From an uncultured virus (IMG/VR IMGVR_UViG_3300020578_000048) (lineage: Duplodnaviria > Heunggongvirae > Uroviricota > Caudoviricetes), in the IMG/VR virus record IMGVR_UViG_3300020578_000048: DNA of 64,000 bases. One strand, written 5' to 3'. The notes under the pieces were generated by a model. It had not been told where the DNA came from and did no database searches. It saw only the letters and a program-made list of their open reading frames with translations. Both the position numbers and the translations under genes were made by a program. Of this stretch, positions 47,450 to 58,803 are shown one piece after another (positions within the stretch are counted from its first letter, which is position 1; every line of letters begins with the position of its first letter).

Positions 47450-48889
47450 TTATCCTATAGTAAAGGTCACTGTGCCTGTACCGGCAGTAATACTACTGAC
47501 TTTGAATCCACCCACAGAATTAGTCACAGCAGTCAAACCTGCACTAAATGTAGCTAAATAAGTACTTGGATATTTCAAAATGACTATTCCAGAGCCCCCA
47601 GCTCCACCATTGCCGTTATAATTGCCAGACAAACCGTTCCCGCCCCCGCCCCCACCGCCGGTATTAACAGTTCCAGAACCAGAGGTTTGGTTTGGGTGAA
47701 CTGCACTAGATCCGCCGCCACCGTTTCCACCTGCTCCCCCTGTATTACCATCTCTATTGCCCCCGCCCCCGCCACCGGCATAGTAAGTACTAACACCTGT
47801 AATGGAGTTGACTAAACCAACTCCTCCTGCACCACCACTTCCACCTGACGCATTACTGCCTACTGCGCCGATTCCTCCACCACCACCACCGGCAACACCA
47901 ACTCCAGGACCAGCGGCTGTTCCTCCTGTGTTTCCTTGACTCGGTAACACAGCTGGAGTATTTCCAGCACCGCCTGCGGCTGATGTGTATTGTGATCCGC
48001 CACCGCCACCAGATCCACCTTCAAGACCAGTCCCAGGATTACCGCTACCACCTTGCCCACCTCCGGTTGAAGTGATTGATATGAAAACACTATCATTACC
48101 CTTTGCGGCCGACGGTGACCCAGAGTTGCTTCCGGCTGTTCCGCCACCGCCTACAGTAATATTGTAAGTAGTATTAGTTAATAAATCACTCATTGTACCA
48201 GTGCGATACCCACCAGCTCCGCCGCCGCCACCGTTGCAACAGGCACCACCACCTCCGCCGGCAATAACAAGATATTCTACGTTAACTGTTGGCGCAATAC
48301 CGAAACTCAGCCATTGTGCCACAGAAGTATTATAAATTTCCCCATAACCGGTGCTGGTATTAAATCGTACTGCACCATTGGGAGGACTAACAGGTCTTTG
48401 TGCTGTGGTTCCCGAACTTAATGCAAGATACCCTGTGCTGTTTGTAGTGACGTCGTATCCTGCACCTGCTGACCCTGGGATACCAGGTGCTCCAGTAGCA
48501 CCAATGGATCCAATTCCAGTAGCACCGGTCGCACCTACATTTCCTATATTGCCCTGTGTACCACCTGCACCTACTGCCTGCATCCATACGCCAGTGGCAC
48601 CAGCCACTACCCAAATAAATTCTTTACCAGATTCCGAATCCAACCAACGTGATCCTATAGTTGGACTAGCAGGTGCTGTGTTTCCATAAGCAAAACTACC
48701 TGCACCAGTCGCGCCTGCAGGACCAGTAGCACCTGTAGCTCCGCTACCGCCTGCAACAATAGCGGCATTGCCCACAGTTGTGCCTGCAGGCAATACTAAA
48801 TTACCATCACTGACAGTTATGGAAACTGTGCTGATGGTTATGCTGTTAGCAGCAGCAAGATCATCTACTCTGAATGCACTATTAGGCAT
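47450..48889 (-). CDS. Glycine-rich fibre/adhesin with collagen-like GATG repeats
   Basis: GATGATG runs; VEYLVIAGGGGG...YYAGGGGG...GGSGIVILKYP. Confidence 0.8.
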   Translation of the reverse strand: MPNSAFRVDDLAAANSITISTVSITVSDGNLVLPAGTTVGNAAIVAGGSGATGATGPAGATGAGSFAYGNTAPASPTIGSRWLDSESGKEFIWVVAGATGVWMQAVGAGGTQGNIGNVGATGATGIGSIGATGAPGIPGSAGAGYDVTTNSTGYLALSSGTTAQRPVSPPNGAVRFNTSTGYGEIYNTSVAQWLSFGIAPTVNVEYLVIAGGGGGACCNGGGGGAGGYRTGTMSDLLTNTTYNITVGGGGTAGSNSGSPSAAKGNDSVFISITSTGGGQGGSGNPGTGLEGGSGGGGGSQYTSAAGGAGNTPAVLPSQGNTGGTAAGPGVGVAGGGGGGIGAVGSNASGGSGGAGGVGLVNSITGVSTYYAGGGGGGNRDGNTGGAGGNGGGGSSAVHPNQTSGSGTVNTGGGGGGGNGLSGNYNGNGGAGGSGIVILKYPSTYLATFSAGLTAVTNSVGGFKVSSITAGTGTVTFTIG

Positions 48890-49259
48890 TTACAGGTTCA
48901 ACCTGATCCCAAGACTGATTTATTTCATTCCAACGATATAAATTACCATCTGTGGGCATTGCTACCGGTGCTTGCCATAAACAAGTGGTTTCATTTAAAA
49001 TCCAACTGGCATAAGGCTTTGGTGGAATAAATGCATCAAATTCTCTGTGGTAGGTGCCCCCAATGTGTGCATAACGTTTTCTAAAATTACCGTTGTAGCT
49101 GGTTTGACGCCAATTGGTGTGGCCACCTGACCAAGCCACCAAAAACTCTATGCCCAATGCCTCAGATTCGTGGCCATCAGAATCCAGCAGCATGTAGTTG
49201 TGTACCACGTTGATGTCAATCACATAATCATTGTGATCTAGTTTAGCAAAGTGTGCCAT
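48882..49259 (-). CDS. Fibre-associated protein (MAHFAKLD family), copy 1
   Basis: WRQTSYNGNFRKRYA, DAFIPPKPYASW, WQAPVAMPTDG. Confidence 0.75.
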   Translation of the reverse strand: MAHFAKLDHNDYVIDINVVHNYMLLDSDGHESEALGIEFLVAWSGGHTNWRQTSYNGNFRKRYAHIGGTYHREFDAFIPPKPYASWILNETTCLWQAPVAMPTDGNLYRWNEINQSWDQVEPVNA

Positions 49260-49273
49260 ACATTTTACGTTCT

Positions 49274-50812
49274 TTAACTATAAATTATTGATCCGTTGCC
49301 ATTGAATGTAATTGTGGTAAAGCCTTCGGCTGAGCCAACGACACCTCCTATCAAACTAACCGGAGTGCTATACACTAAATTGGATTCGTATATTATAACT
49401 CTACCAGATCCACCATTGCCTCCTTTGCCAGTGCTGCCCACGAACGGAGACACAGTGTTATCCCTGCTGGCCGCACCACCCCCGCCCCCGCCTGTGTTTG
49501 CTGTGCCATCAAAGCCATTGGCGTGACCAGGGCACGTAGCGCCTGTGCATGGCACTATTCTGGCACCTGCTCCACCGCCATTGGGACCAATTCCTCCAAA
49601 CCTAGTTGGATTAAGACCAGCCGCACCGCCTCCGCCTCCGCTGTATGGACTGCTGAATTTGACTATACCATTTCCGCCTTTACCACCACCACCACCTCCT
49701 GAGCCAAAGCTGCCTGCAGCACTTTGTCCGCCTCCGCCTCCGCCATATCCTTGTATGGCAAGAGATAGACTGCCAGGATCTGGCATTCCATATCCACCCC
49801 CACCATTATTGCCTTGACCCGGCGTGCCCGCTGCGCCATGTTGACATCCTCTCCAATCGTGGGAAAAAGCGCCACCGCCACCTGATCCTCCTGAACCAGC
49901 TCCTGATTCCCAACAGGCGCCTCCTCCTCCACCATAGGCCGTGTAAGAGCCAAAACTGCTGTTACCACCAGGTCCACCAGTGGACACCCATGCCGGCCCG
50001 GCTCCTCCTCCGCCCACAGCTATGGAAAAAGATTGATTATACCAGTATTCCAAAATTATATTGTCGTTGTAGTCAAGATAACCGCCACCGCCACCACCTC
50101 CGCTCCATTGATAACCAGGAATAGAACCGCCACCACCACCACCTCCGGCAACGAGTAGCACACCAATTTTTTTTGTCAAATTGATTCGCACCAGATTAGA
50201 GGGTGCACTGCTGGCACCTATGCCTTGGCTGTTTACAAAACGCAGTCTTATGGTTGTTTCAACACCACGTTGTGGTGCCTCAAAAGTCCATGAGGAACCA
50301 GTTAGACCACTTGACCAATTAATATAACTTTGACTTTTCATTATGTTGTTCGAACTATCAATGGCTTGTATCTCAGTCAGTGTAGCGCCCCCTGTGTTCA
50401 CAGGTGCTTGATATGGCACAGTGATATTGAAATATAAATTTGTGGCACTGATTCTGGCCACAGTCACAGTGCCCGTGATTGTGGCTGCTCCTGGCACTGA
50501 GACTGCAGTCACAGAGTTGCTGACTGCACTGTTGGCACCGGAACCCACAGCAGTGGTGGCAAACACAGTGAAGGTTTGAGCGCCGCCTGATAAACCAGAC
50601 ACAGTGATTGTGCCACTGGCGCTTTGATTCACTGTGGCCTGCACAGCATTTAAAGAACTACGTGCTGTGTAGGACAGCACAGGAAATCCTCCATTGTTTG
50701 CTGGCGCTGTGTAAGGTACAGTGGCGGTACTACCTGACACTGTGACTGTGCCTATGCTGGGTGCGCCGGGCAGATTGGGTCTGGCTGCCAAAATACCTTG
50801 TGTGACTGCCAT
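49274..50812 (-). CDS. Fibronectin type III plus glycine-rich adhesin
   Basis: PGAPSIGTV...YTAPANNGG...SAVSNSVT (two FN3-like units), then [10 protein letters not shown]...GGSGRVII. Confidence 0.8.
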   Translation of the reverse strand: MAVTQGILAARPNLPGAPSIGTVTVSGSTATVPYTAPANNGGFPVLSYTARSSLNAVQATVNQSASGTITVSGLSGGAQTFTVFATTAVGSGANSAVSNSVTAVSVPGAATITGTVTVARISATNLYFNITVPYQAPVNTGGATLTEIQAIDSSNNIMKSQSYINWSSGLTGSSWTFEAPQRGVETTIRLRFVNSQGIGASSAPSNLVRINLTKKIGVLLVAGGGGGGGSIPGYQWSGGGGGGGYLDYNDNIILEYWYNQSFSIAVGGGGAGPAWVSTGGPGGNSSFGSYTAYGGGGGACWESGAGSGGSGGGGAFSHDWRGCQHGAAGTPGQGNNGGGGYGMPDPGSLSLAIQGYGGGGGGQSAAGSFGSGGGGGGKGGNGIVKFSSPYSGGGGGAAGLNPTRFGGIGPNGGGAGARIVPCTGATCPGHANGFDGTANTGGGGGGAASRDNTVSPFVGSTGKGGNGGSGRVIIYESNLVYSTPVSLIGGVVGSAEGFTTITFNGNGSIIYS

Positions 50813-50819
50813 GATGATG

Positions 50820-51587
50820 TCAGGTGATACCGCTGCCGGTGATGAACCACTCCGTGGCAGTGATTTTTATACAAGTGGCCAGACCATTGGCTGCCAGAGA
50901 TCTCGTGCCAGTGCTGCCTGTGATCACCAGTCTCAAAGTGTCAGTAGTGACTTGTATGCTGATGACGCCTGCAGCATTTTGATTGATAAAAGTGATCACA
51001 GTGCCCAAAGGCCAATTCACTTGTCCTGCGCCTGTGCCTGTCTGCGGTATGGTCCAAGTTCTGGCAGTGGTGTCTGAGCTGGGATGCAGTAGATGTCGGC
51101 CTGCATCTGACAATTGTAGAGTGTAATTGGCGCTGACAGTGTTTTGTGGCAGGGTTTCTCCTGTGAGGCCAGTGCTGCCTGTGAGGCCAGTGCTGCCGGG
51201 GGCACCGGGGGCACCCTGTGTTCCGGCTGCACCAGTAGCGCCTGTGGCACCAATTCCGGTTGCGCCTGTACTTCCTTGTGGACCAGTGGCTCCTAGTAAT
51301 CCTGTGCCAACAATGGTAGTACCTTGTGGTAGTACCAAGTTGCTGCCAGTGGCAGAAATGGTAGCGTCACCAATGATCAAGCTGTTGCCTGACAGGTAAA
51401 GATCACGCCAGCGTTGGCTGCTGGTACCTAAGTCAAATGTGCTATTTTGTGAAGGCACAATATTACCAGAACTAACTAGATTAGCTGTGGCAAATATATT
51501 CCAAGTAGTACCGTTCCAAGACCAGGTTTTTCCCCCGGTCACATGTTGTTGTCCTAGAGTGGGCGATGATGGAAATGAAATTGGCAT
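50820..51587 (-). CDS. Short fibre protein with collagen-like repeat and C-terminal adaptor domain
   Basis: MPISFPSSP anchor, FDLGTSSQRWRDLYLSG, GxTG repeats, PQNTVSANYTL...WFITGSGIT. Confidence 0.8.
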   Translation of the reverse strand: MPISFPSSPTLGQQHVTGGKTWSWNGTTWNIFATANLVSSGNIVPSQNSTFDLGTSSQRWRDLYLSGNSLIIGDATISATGSNLVLPQGTTIVGTGLLGATGPQGSTGATGIGATGATGAAGTQGAPGAPGSTGLTGSTGLTGETLPQNTVSANYTLQLSDAGRHLLHPSSDTTARTWTIPQTGTGAGQVNWPLGTVITFINQNAAGVISIQVTTDTLRLVITGSTGTRSLAANGLATCIKITATEWFITGSGIT

Positions 51588-51596
51588 AATACTTAT

Positions 51597-51745
51597 TTAG
51601 TTGAAGGTCACTGTGTCAGTTCCGGCTGTGACTGAGTGAACTCTGTGGCCTGTGTGCCCTGTATGCCTTGATTTTCAGCAAAACCAAAGCCTTGTACGCC
51701 TTGTGGCAAGCTACTTGCTATTAGAGTTCTAACTGATATAGGCAT
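51597..51745 (-). pseudogene. Internally deleted fibre gene
   Basis: MPISVRTLIASSLPQGVQG..QGIQGTQ joined out of frame to TGHRVHSVTAGTDTVTFN-stop. Confidence 0.65.
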
Positions 51746-51803
51746 AATTTTAAACCTTGATTAAATGTAACCAACAATTTTACACACAATTGCATGGTCC
51801 AGT

Positions 51804-54491
51804 TTATAATACAGGAAAGGCTCCGGTGGGCGGGGTGAAGTTAGCTGTGTAGCGAGCGTAGCCTCGGGTGATGCGAACGTCTTGGATGTAACCGTTTAAG
51901 TAATTTTGCGCTGATGGAGCATATCGTGATAAATACAAAATAGATCCAGCAACATAATTATTGGAGTCTGTATATGTAGAACCAACTTGTGTGCCGTTTA
52001 TAAATAATTTTGTTGAAGTTCCAGACCTCGACAGTGCAACGTGATACCAAGTGCTAGTGGTAATTGCTGAAGAAACTCTAACACTCCCGTTTACATAAAG
52101 CTCAAGAGCTGTATTATGTAGCCACAGTACAGGAAATAGAGTTGCATCCACCGCCCTGCCGTCGAAGATGTTTTGATACCCGCTTAATGCGTTAGCGTAA
52201 ATCCAAAATTCAACTGTGAAATCTCCGGTCCCAAATACAAAATTTTGCTGAACAGGAGTTTGTAGCCAATCCCCCGTCCCATCAAACGACATACTGCTCC
52301 CGCCCCACTTGCTCTGTGCGGTACTGATTTTGGCATCTCCCACCGTTTCCAACACATTCTTAGCGGTGGCGTCATAAATACCGGCGTTGGTAAAGTTGAG
52401 GAGAAGTTGAACATTAGATGCGCCTTGAGAAGTTGTCGTGACCGGCGAGGTTGGGGGAGTAAAAATAAGCGTTGATGCGCTAGGTGATGTAACAGATGTT
52501 TGATATTCTGTAGGAACAGAACCTTTTGAAATTCTTAAATAACCCATGCTTCCTGTAAACATATAAGCAAGTAATCGTTCTCCACCGATACGCAAAGCAG
52601 CGTTATTTAATGTTAAGTTTGTTGAATTTGAGGCAGTATAAGCCCTCATGTATCCATTTAGAAATATCCTACCTACACCACTAAGTCTGGTAAAGCAAAT
52701 GTGAGCCCATTCGTTTATTGGAGTAACAACCCCACTTATAAAAGCCCACCCCCCTGTTGTTCCCCAGCCCAATCCTCGACTACTGGTAGTTCCCCCGTCA
52801 CCAATAAACATATCAGTTGAAGTATCAGTGCCAGAAATTAATTTCCAATCATTACCAGAGGCAGAAGTTTTATAAACCCATGCTTCGACACAAAAATCAC
52901 CAGTTCCTATGTTAAGAAGTGCGTCATATGCAACACTCAAATAATCCCCACTACCATCAAAATACCCTGACCCACCATAAGTCGCAGCAGACCACGATGC
53001 AGATGGGTTGAATGGAGAGAAGGGGGTGATGCGAGTATCGCCAGTGATAGTAAGTGTATAATTATTTGAACTGCGATCAATAAATCGATTGTCTTGTAAA
53101 ATTAGTAGCTGAGTGTTGGCGACTGCCGTCAATGGTGCAGTAGGCACCGTGATCGTTGCTCCACTGTATAACGCCGTGCCCTTGATGATTCGGAAGTTAC
53201 TGATATTTCCAGCTAAGGCGTTTCCGCCCACAGTCCAGTACCCTATGCGCCAAGAATTGGTTGTTATAGAAGCTGAACTTGATGAAACATTGTTTACTGC
53301 TACACCGTTGATATAGAAAGAATATACACTACCACCCGTACGGCAAACTGCAATGTGATTCCACTGATTAGCTATTACATAATTGTTAGTTGATGATGCT
53401 GTTAAATTAGTACTGCTGACAAATAAACCTGGCCTTAAATTTGTTGCACTAAACTGAATCATTATGGAATTATCAAGGCTAATATTAGGAGTACTAGTAA
53501 ATAATGCCGGATCGGTCTGAACCTGAGCAGTAATATAAAAAAAGCCTTCAATGGTAAAGTCGCTGGTAGCAAGCGTTAAATTGGTCTGTCCAGTCGGTGT
53601 TGAAATAAGGTCCCCAGTACCATCAAAATAAGCACCCCACCCCGTCTGTGAGAACGGTGAAAATGTGCCCTGTGTGGCATTGCCATTGCGAGTGATCGTG
53701 AAGTTGTTGGTAGATGCATCTAAAAACGTGTTGTTCTGTTTGAGATTAGTACCTGTGCCTGGTAGGTGTAAGGTAACTAGTCGATAAAAAGGATCACCAA
53801 TGACAATGGTGATTTGAAAAGCCTGTGGAGTATCTTGAGCCTCAGCATCTATAGCTACTATAGTAAAGTTGTAAGTAGTGTTTACACTAATACCAGTAAC
53901 AGTTCCCGATAACAATCCTGAACTGCTTAGGGTCAAGCCTGAGGGTAATGTGCTGCCACTTTGCAGTGCAAAAGTCACCCCGGAGTTACTAGTGGCCACC
54001 AACTGTATACTAATAGCAGTGTCTTTTACACCATCAGGCAATGGGCTAGTAGTTGACCAAGTTGGCATGGCGCTGTAATTTAAGCCGTTTACTCTAATGG
54101 CCACACCACCATCTGAATTAACCAAGTACACCGTATAAGTACCTGCTGCTTGTGCTGGCACCTGTGCACGCACTTCTGTAGCACTAATATAACTCACTGA
54201 GGTAACTACTAGAGAGCCAATGATTACCTGACAACCTGTCACAAAGCCAGTGCCCACAATTTTAATATAACCACCAGTGAGTGCCACAGCAGTATCATCT
54301 ATGACTGTGTAGGCATTGTCTGTGATTTGAACATTGGTAATTTTAGGACCGCCACCACCACTGGCTACTATACTGTTACTGGCAGCACTGGTAATCTGCC
54401 CACTATCGTTAACAGTAATATCCGCCGCAGTATAGCTACCTGGGGTAACACCTGTGGTGGCTAGCATTGTTGCTGGAACTTTTGTAGGCAT
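51804..54491 (-). CDS. Fibre/adhesin with IPT, Ig and three LamG (ConA-like) domains
   Basis: Three YFDG.GD...DF[TC][IV]E..Y...W.H...R units. Confidence 0.85.
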   Translation of the reverse strand: MPTKVPATMLATTGVTPGSYTAADITVNDSGQITSAASNSIVASGGGGPKITNVQITDNAYTVIDDTAVALTGGYIKIVGTGFVTGCQVIIGSLVVTSVSYISATEVRAQVPAQAAGTYTVYLVNSDGGVAIRVNGLNYSAMPTWSTTSPLPDGVKDTAISIQLVATSNSGVTFALQSGSTLPSGLTLSSSGLLSGTVTGISVNTTYNFTIVAIDAEAQDTPQAFQITIVIGDPFYRLVTLHLPGTGTNLKQNNTFLDASTNNFTITRNGNATQGTFSPFSQTGWGAYFDGTGDLISTPTGQTNLTLATSDFTIEGFFYITAQVQTDPALFTSTPNISLDNSIMIQFSATNLRPGLFVSSTNLTASSTNNYVIANQWNHIAVCRTGGSVYSFYINGVAVNNVSSSSASITTNSWRIGYWTVGGNALAGNISNFRIIKGTALYSGATITVPTAPLTAVANTQLLILQDNRFIDRSSNNYTLTITGDTRITPFSPFNPSASWSAATYGGSGYFDGSGDYLSVAYDALLNIGTGDFCVEAWVYKTSASGNDWKLISGTDTSTDMFIGDGGTTSSRGLGWGTTGGWAFISGVVTPINEWAHICFTRLSGVGRIFLNGYMRAYTASNSTNLTLNNAALRIGGERLLAYMFTGSMGYLRISKGSVPTEYQTSVTSPSASTLIFTPPTSPVTTTSQGASNVQLLLNFTNAGIYDATAKNVLETVGDAKISTAQSKWGGSSMSFDGTGDWLQTPVQQNFVFGTGDFTVEFWIYANALSGYQNIFDGRAVDATLFPVLWLHNTALELYVNGSVRVSSAITTSTWYHVALSRSGTSTKLFINGTQVGSTYTDSNNYVAGSILYLSRYAPSAQNYLNGYIQDVRITRGYARYTANFTPPTGAFPVL

Positions 54492-54500
54492 GCTGTTTCC

Positions 54501-57500
54501 TTATTTTAACCTGTGTGGGCCGGTGGGCGGGGTGAAGTTAGCGGTGTATCGTTCGGCGTTTGTGATACGCAAATCATCAATGTATCCTGTTATAGGAAAA
54601 GCCAAACCAGCATTAGCTGTTCCAATGAACATTCTACCTGTATTGTTTGTCCAACTTGTAGTAGCAGTACTACCTGCGACCCCATTCTTAAATACCTTTA
54701 TTATGGTTCCATTGTATGTAAAAGCATAATGAATCCATGTATTAAGTTCTATTGTAGAATTACAGGCAGTATCGGCACCATTTGATACCCATCTAATAGC
54801 ATTAGCCGGAGAATTTGGTGACGTTTCAATTCGCCATCCATCAGCGCCACCACCGCCTCCATAAGTGCTGATCACCGTAGCAGCAACACTAGCGCCTGGG
54901 TATGCTTGAAGGTAAATCCAAAATTCAATAGTAAACGATCTAGTTGTAGCATATAATTGATTATGGAGTGGATTAGACGGTATGGCCAAGTAGTCACCAG
55001 TCCCATCAAAATACATAGCCCCGTTGCCATATTTGACCTGTACCGAACTAGTTCGAGCATCTGCCACAGTCTCTACAACATTCCGTCCGGTACGATCTAG
55101 GATGGCTGCGTCGGTGAAGTTTAGCAAGAGTTGAGTGTTGGTGATGGCGGTGAGGGGTGTGGTGGGTGGTGTGAAAGCAGAGGTGTATACGGCAGTGCCT
55201 TTAACGATTCTTAAATTTGAAATATATCCTTTGAATTTTTCTGCGTATCCATAATCAGCTATTAAGAGATTATCAGTAGACGCAGTTAGTGTAGTCGCTG
55301 TAGTCACTGTGCCGTTAGATAGTCCATTTAGGTAATGTGTAAAAGTTGTTCCATTCTTAACAATACTAATGTGACTCCAGGCATTTAGAGGAATTTGATT
55401 AGTTGATGTTAAATTAATTGAACCACCTGCTCCATACAAAACAATTTTCCCTTGATTAGCACCACCACCTAAAATACCATAAGCGTATCCCACCCCGCCG
55501 GCTCCGGTAAATTTTCTAACAATGTGTAAACTCATGTCAGCCGTTGATCCATAGCCAGTAGGATAAACCCATGCTTCAATGGTAAAATTGATAGCTCCAT
55601 CAAGATCTAAATTAGTGCTAGTTGGCCCAACTAACCTATCGTCAGTGCCGTCAAAATAGGCCGATCCACCGTGAACAGCGGGTGAGTACGCTGCGGTGGG
55701 GGCGAAGGGTGAAAAGGCCGCTACTGAGGGGGTGTTTTGTATTGTTAAAGTTTTAGGGGTCGAGCTGTTATCAATAAAGCGATTTGATTGACAAGTTAAA
55801 AGTAAAGTATTTGCATCAGAGGTATATGGAGCAGTTGGAACCGTTATTGTTCTAGCGATACTTGAGAATCTTACGTTTGATATATATCCTTGCGTACCAT
55901 AATTAGCGACCCAATTTATTCCCCCAACTGACAATTGGGTGGCACTGATTGAAGCAGTGCTTGTGCCAGTAGCAACCGAAATACCGTCAATATACAACAC
56001 TGTTTGATTTGTTCCAGTTCCACTTCTAACTAATGCAATGTGATACCACTGCCCAATGTTAAGGTTCCATGTGTAGTTAATTACATTAGTTACTCCACTA
56101 GCACTGATATTAATTTCAACTACATTTGATCCCGATCCTCGTTGAATTGTTAAAGCATCAGTTCCGGCTACCCCAATAACAAATATCCTCTGTGTAGTGC
56201 CAGACCATGCTGTAGGATTATAAAATAGCTCAACTGTAAAATTCCCTGTGCCTACAGCAAAAGCAGCGTTACTGGCATAAATAGACTGATTCCCGCTGAA
56301 ATAATTACTCCACCCCGTCTGTGAGAACGGTGAAAAAGTGCCCTGTGTGGCATTTCCATTTCTAGTGATCAGGAATTGATTTGAGCTGGCGTCCTGAAAC
56401 CCATGATTGTTGTGAGGTTGACGATATTGTAGAGTAAGTAATTGCGTGTTAGTGGTAGCGGTTAAACTAGAGGTAGCAGGTGTAAAGTTAGCTGTATAAA
56501 CAGCAGTTCCTTTGACTAATTTGAAATCTGTGATATAGCCAGTAGTACTGTTAACATAAGTACCGGCACCATTTCTACCACCACCAATGGACAACGGATA
56601 GGTGCCAGGGTAAGTGTAGTTACTATTATCAGCAATAGAATTTGTTTGAATACCATTGACAAAGATTCTCAATGTACCAGATGCTCTAGCTATAACTATA
56701 TGATTCCATTGATACGGTTGTACAGTTTGTGACAGCGTAGATCCAGCACCAGTAGTGTATACATTTAAGTTACTGATACTGTTCATATCAGCACCAGTGC
56801 CACCACTAAAATAGTTACCATCACTAGCATATTGCCAAATCTTAGCACCAGAACCATTGTAACCAGATATATACTGCCACCATTCTACAGTAAAATCACC
56901 TGTGCCAAATTGAAAGTTTGAATAACTGCCAGCAGTGACGTAATCATCGTTACCATCAAAATACATACTACCATTGGCACCGGTATTGATGATACCAAAA
57001 GGATTAAAACTACGCACAGCCACATCACCGTTGCGAGTGATAGTGAAGTTGTTGGCACTGCCGTCTAGGAATCTGTTAGTGTGACAGGTTAATAAACTGG
57101 TATTGGCTACTGCGGTTAATGGTGCTGTGGGAACCGTAATGGTTGAATTACCAACATCATAATAATCTGACGTAATAACACGAAGGTTTGAGATATAACC
57201 GTTTAAGCCACTAGAAACCCCTGTATTTACATAATGACCAATAACAGGAAGTCGTTGTTCTAACGAAACAGAATTAGTCGCAGTGGCTAGTCTAGTCCCG
57301 TCCACCCACATAGCCCAGTTGTTAGAATTATTTCTGCTTATAACTAAGTGATGCCAAGCGTTTCTAGTTGAGGTACTCGATGCTTGCAAAACTGCTCCTA
57401 CACCACCAACACTAAATACAAATTTGTCTGTTGCTCCACTGTAACCAGTATTACTATAATCTATAATCCATCTACCTGATGTACCAGCAGAATATTGAGC

Positions 57501-58796
57501 AAAAAATTGCACATCATTTGCTGTTGTTGCAATGTAAATCCACATTTCAATCGTAAATGCCGAAGTTGCTGGCACCACAGCAGTGGTTCCATACAATGAG
57601 TCATTGCCATCAAAGTAAGCCGACCACCCAGTTCCATACGGGGTAAAGTTTGTAGCACGACTGTCGCCAACCACTGTGATATTGAAATTATTCGCCGAAC
57701 TATCCTTGATCACAGTATTGCCCTGCTCCCCACCTAATAGCAGTGTAGTCAACCTAAAGTAACTATCACTCACAGTGATAGTTACTGTAAATGTACGTGG
57801 CGAATCCTGCAATTGTGCATCGGTAGCACGCACTGTAAAAGTATAAGTGGTATCTACTGTGACTCCAGCCACAGTGCCTGTGATAACACCAGTGCTGGTG
57901 TTCAAGGATAGGCCAGGCGGCAATGATCCCGATGTTATAGTATAACTGGTGGCTTCTGTGGCCACTAAACTTAATGATATTAAAACACCATCATACTGGT
58001 CGGGCAAACCACTAGCAGTTTGCCAACTAGGTAAACTACTAAAAGTAACACCTGGTACGCTAATGGCCACACCACCATCACTGTTAATCACATAAACCAC
58101 ATATGTACCAGCTGCCAGTGCGCCTGTGCCTACTCGTAGCTCTGTGCTTGATATAAAACTTATGCTAGCTGCTGGAGTTTGATTAAAGTATACTAAACAA
58201 CCACTGGCAAAACCTGTTCCGGTTAACTTGATATATCCGCCACTGGTATCCACAGCAGTGTCGTCAATGGCGGCATAACTGCTATCAGTTATAGTTATTG
58301 CGCTAATTTTAGGTGCAACGCCACTGCTAACTACATCGCCAAGTACACGTAATTGTATTTGACTATTAGCAGGAGGAGCGCTAGTAAATATGATGTTACT
58401 GCCGCTAACAGTATAGTCTGTGGTGGGTGTTTGAGTTACGCCACCTATGATTGCCAGCACAGTATGTACTGTTATGCCACCGGTGGCTGCAAAAGTTGTT
58501 GTACTACCATTGCCCGTATAAGTGTAAGTGGTGTGCTGTAGTCCAGCTCCACTGCCACTACCGCCACCAGTCACAGTCACAGTCACAGCACTGCCACTTG
58601 CAGTGGCTTCTACACTGCTGCCTACAAAATCCAAGCTGGTCAAACCATTGGCTATGGTGGTGCCTTCATCACGAATGGCTATACTGGTAGTGCCTGCTAC
58701 ACTTTTGGACCAACCTGATCCAGTATAAGTCCACACTATGTTGTTTTCCACATAGGTTTGGTTTATGGTGGGATTGCTGGGATAGTTTAATGGCAT
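54501..58796 (-). CDS. Large fibre/adhesin with IPT, Ig and five LamG domains
   Basis: Five FT[IV]E.[WF] LamG units separated by TAPLTA..NT.LL and FSPF linkers. Confidence 0.85.
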   Translation of the reverse strand: MPLNYPSNPTINQTYVENNIVWTYTGSGWSKSVAGTTSIAIRDEGTTIANGLTSLDFVGSSVEATASGSAVTVTVTGGGSGSGAGLQHTTYTYTGNGSTTTFAATGGITVHTVLAIIGGVTQTPTTDYTVSGSNIIFTSAPPANSQIQLRVLGDVVSSGVAPKISAITITDSSYAAIDDTAVDTSGGYIKLTGTGFASGCLVYFNQTPAASISFISSTELRVGTGALAAGTYVVYVINSDGGVAISVPGVTFSSLPSWQTASGLPDQYDGVLISLSLVATEATSYTITSGSLPPGLSLNTSTGVITGTVAGVTVDTTYTFTVRATDAQLQDSPRTFTVTITVSDSYFRLTTLLLGGEQGNTVIKDSSANNFNITVVGDSRATNFTPYGTGWSAYFDGNDSLYGTTAVVPATSAFTIEMWIYIATTANDVQFFAQYSAGTSGRWIIDYSNTGYSGATDKFVFSVGGVGAVLQASSTSTRNAWHHLVISRNNSNNWAMWVDGTRLATATNSVSLEQRLPVIGHYVNTGVSSGLNGYISNLRVITSDYYDVGNSTITVPTAPLTAVANTSLLTCHTNRFLDGSANNFTITRNGDVAVRSFNPFGIINTGANGSMYFDGNDDYVTAGSYSNFQFGTGDFTVEWWQYISGYNGSGAKIWQYASDGNYFSGGTGADMNSISNLNVYTTGAGSTLSQTVQPYQWNHIVIARASGTLRIFVNGIQTNSIADNSNYTYPGTYPLSIGGGRNGAGTYVNSTTGYITDFKLVKGTAVYTANFTPATSSLTATTNTQLLTLQYRQPHNNHGFQDASSNQFLITRNGNATQGTFSPFSQTGWSNYFSGNQSIYASNAAFAVGTGNFTVELFYNPTAWSGTTQRIFVIGVAGTDALTIQRGSGSNVVEINISASGVTNVINYTWNLNIGQWYHIALVRSGTGTNQTVLYIDGISVATGTSTASISATQLSVGGINWVANYGTQGYISNVRFSSIARTITVPTAPYTSDANTLLLTCQSNRFIDNSSTPKTLTIQNTPSVAAFSPFAPTAAYSPAVHGGSAYFDGTDDRLVGPTSTNLDLDGAINFTIEAWVYPTGYGSTADMSLHIVRKFTGAGGVGYAYGILGGGANQGKIVLYGAGGSINLTSTNQIPLNAWSHISIVKNGTTFTHYLNGLSNGTVTTATTLTASTDNLLIADYGYAEKFKGYISNLRIVKGTAVYTSAFTPPTTPLTAITNTQLLLNFTDAAILDRTGRNVVETVADARTSSVQVKYGNGAMYFDGTGDYLAIPSNPLHNQLYATTRSFTIEFWIYLQAYPGASVAATVISTYGGGGGADGWRIETSPNSPANAIRWVSNGADTACNSTIELNTWIHYAFTYNGTIIKVFKNGVAGSTATTSWTNNTGRMFIGTANAGLAFPITGYIDDLRITNAERYTANFTPPTGPHRLK

Positions 58797-58803
58797 GATT
58801 GTA

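Noticed and set aside
51804..58796. Possible diversity-generating retroelement acting on the fibre genes
   Set aside because: No reverse transcriptase in the window. The repeats are short, lie in coding linkers and show no adenine-specific mismatch pattern.
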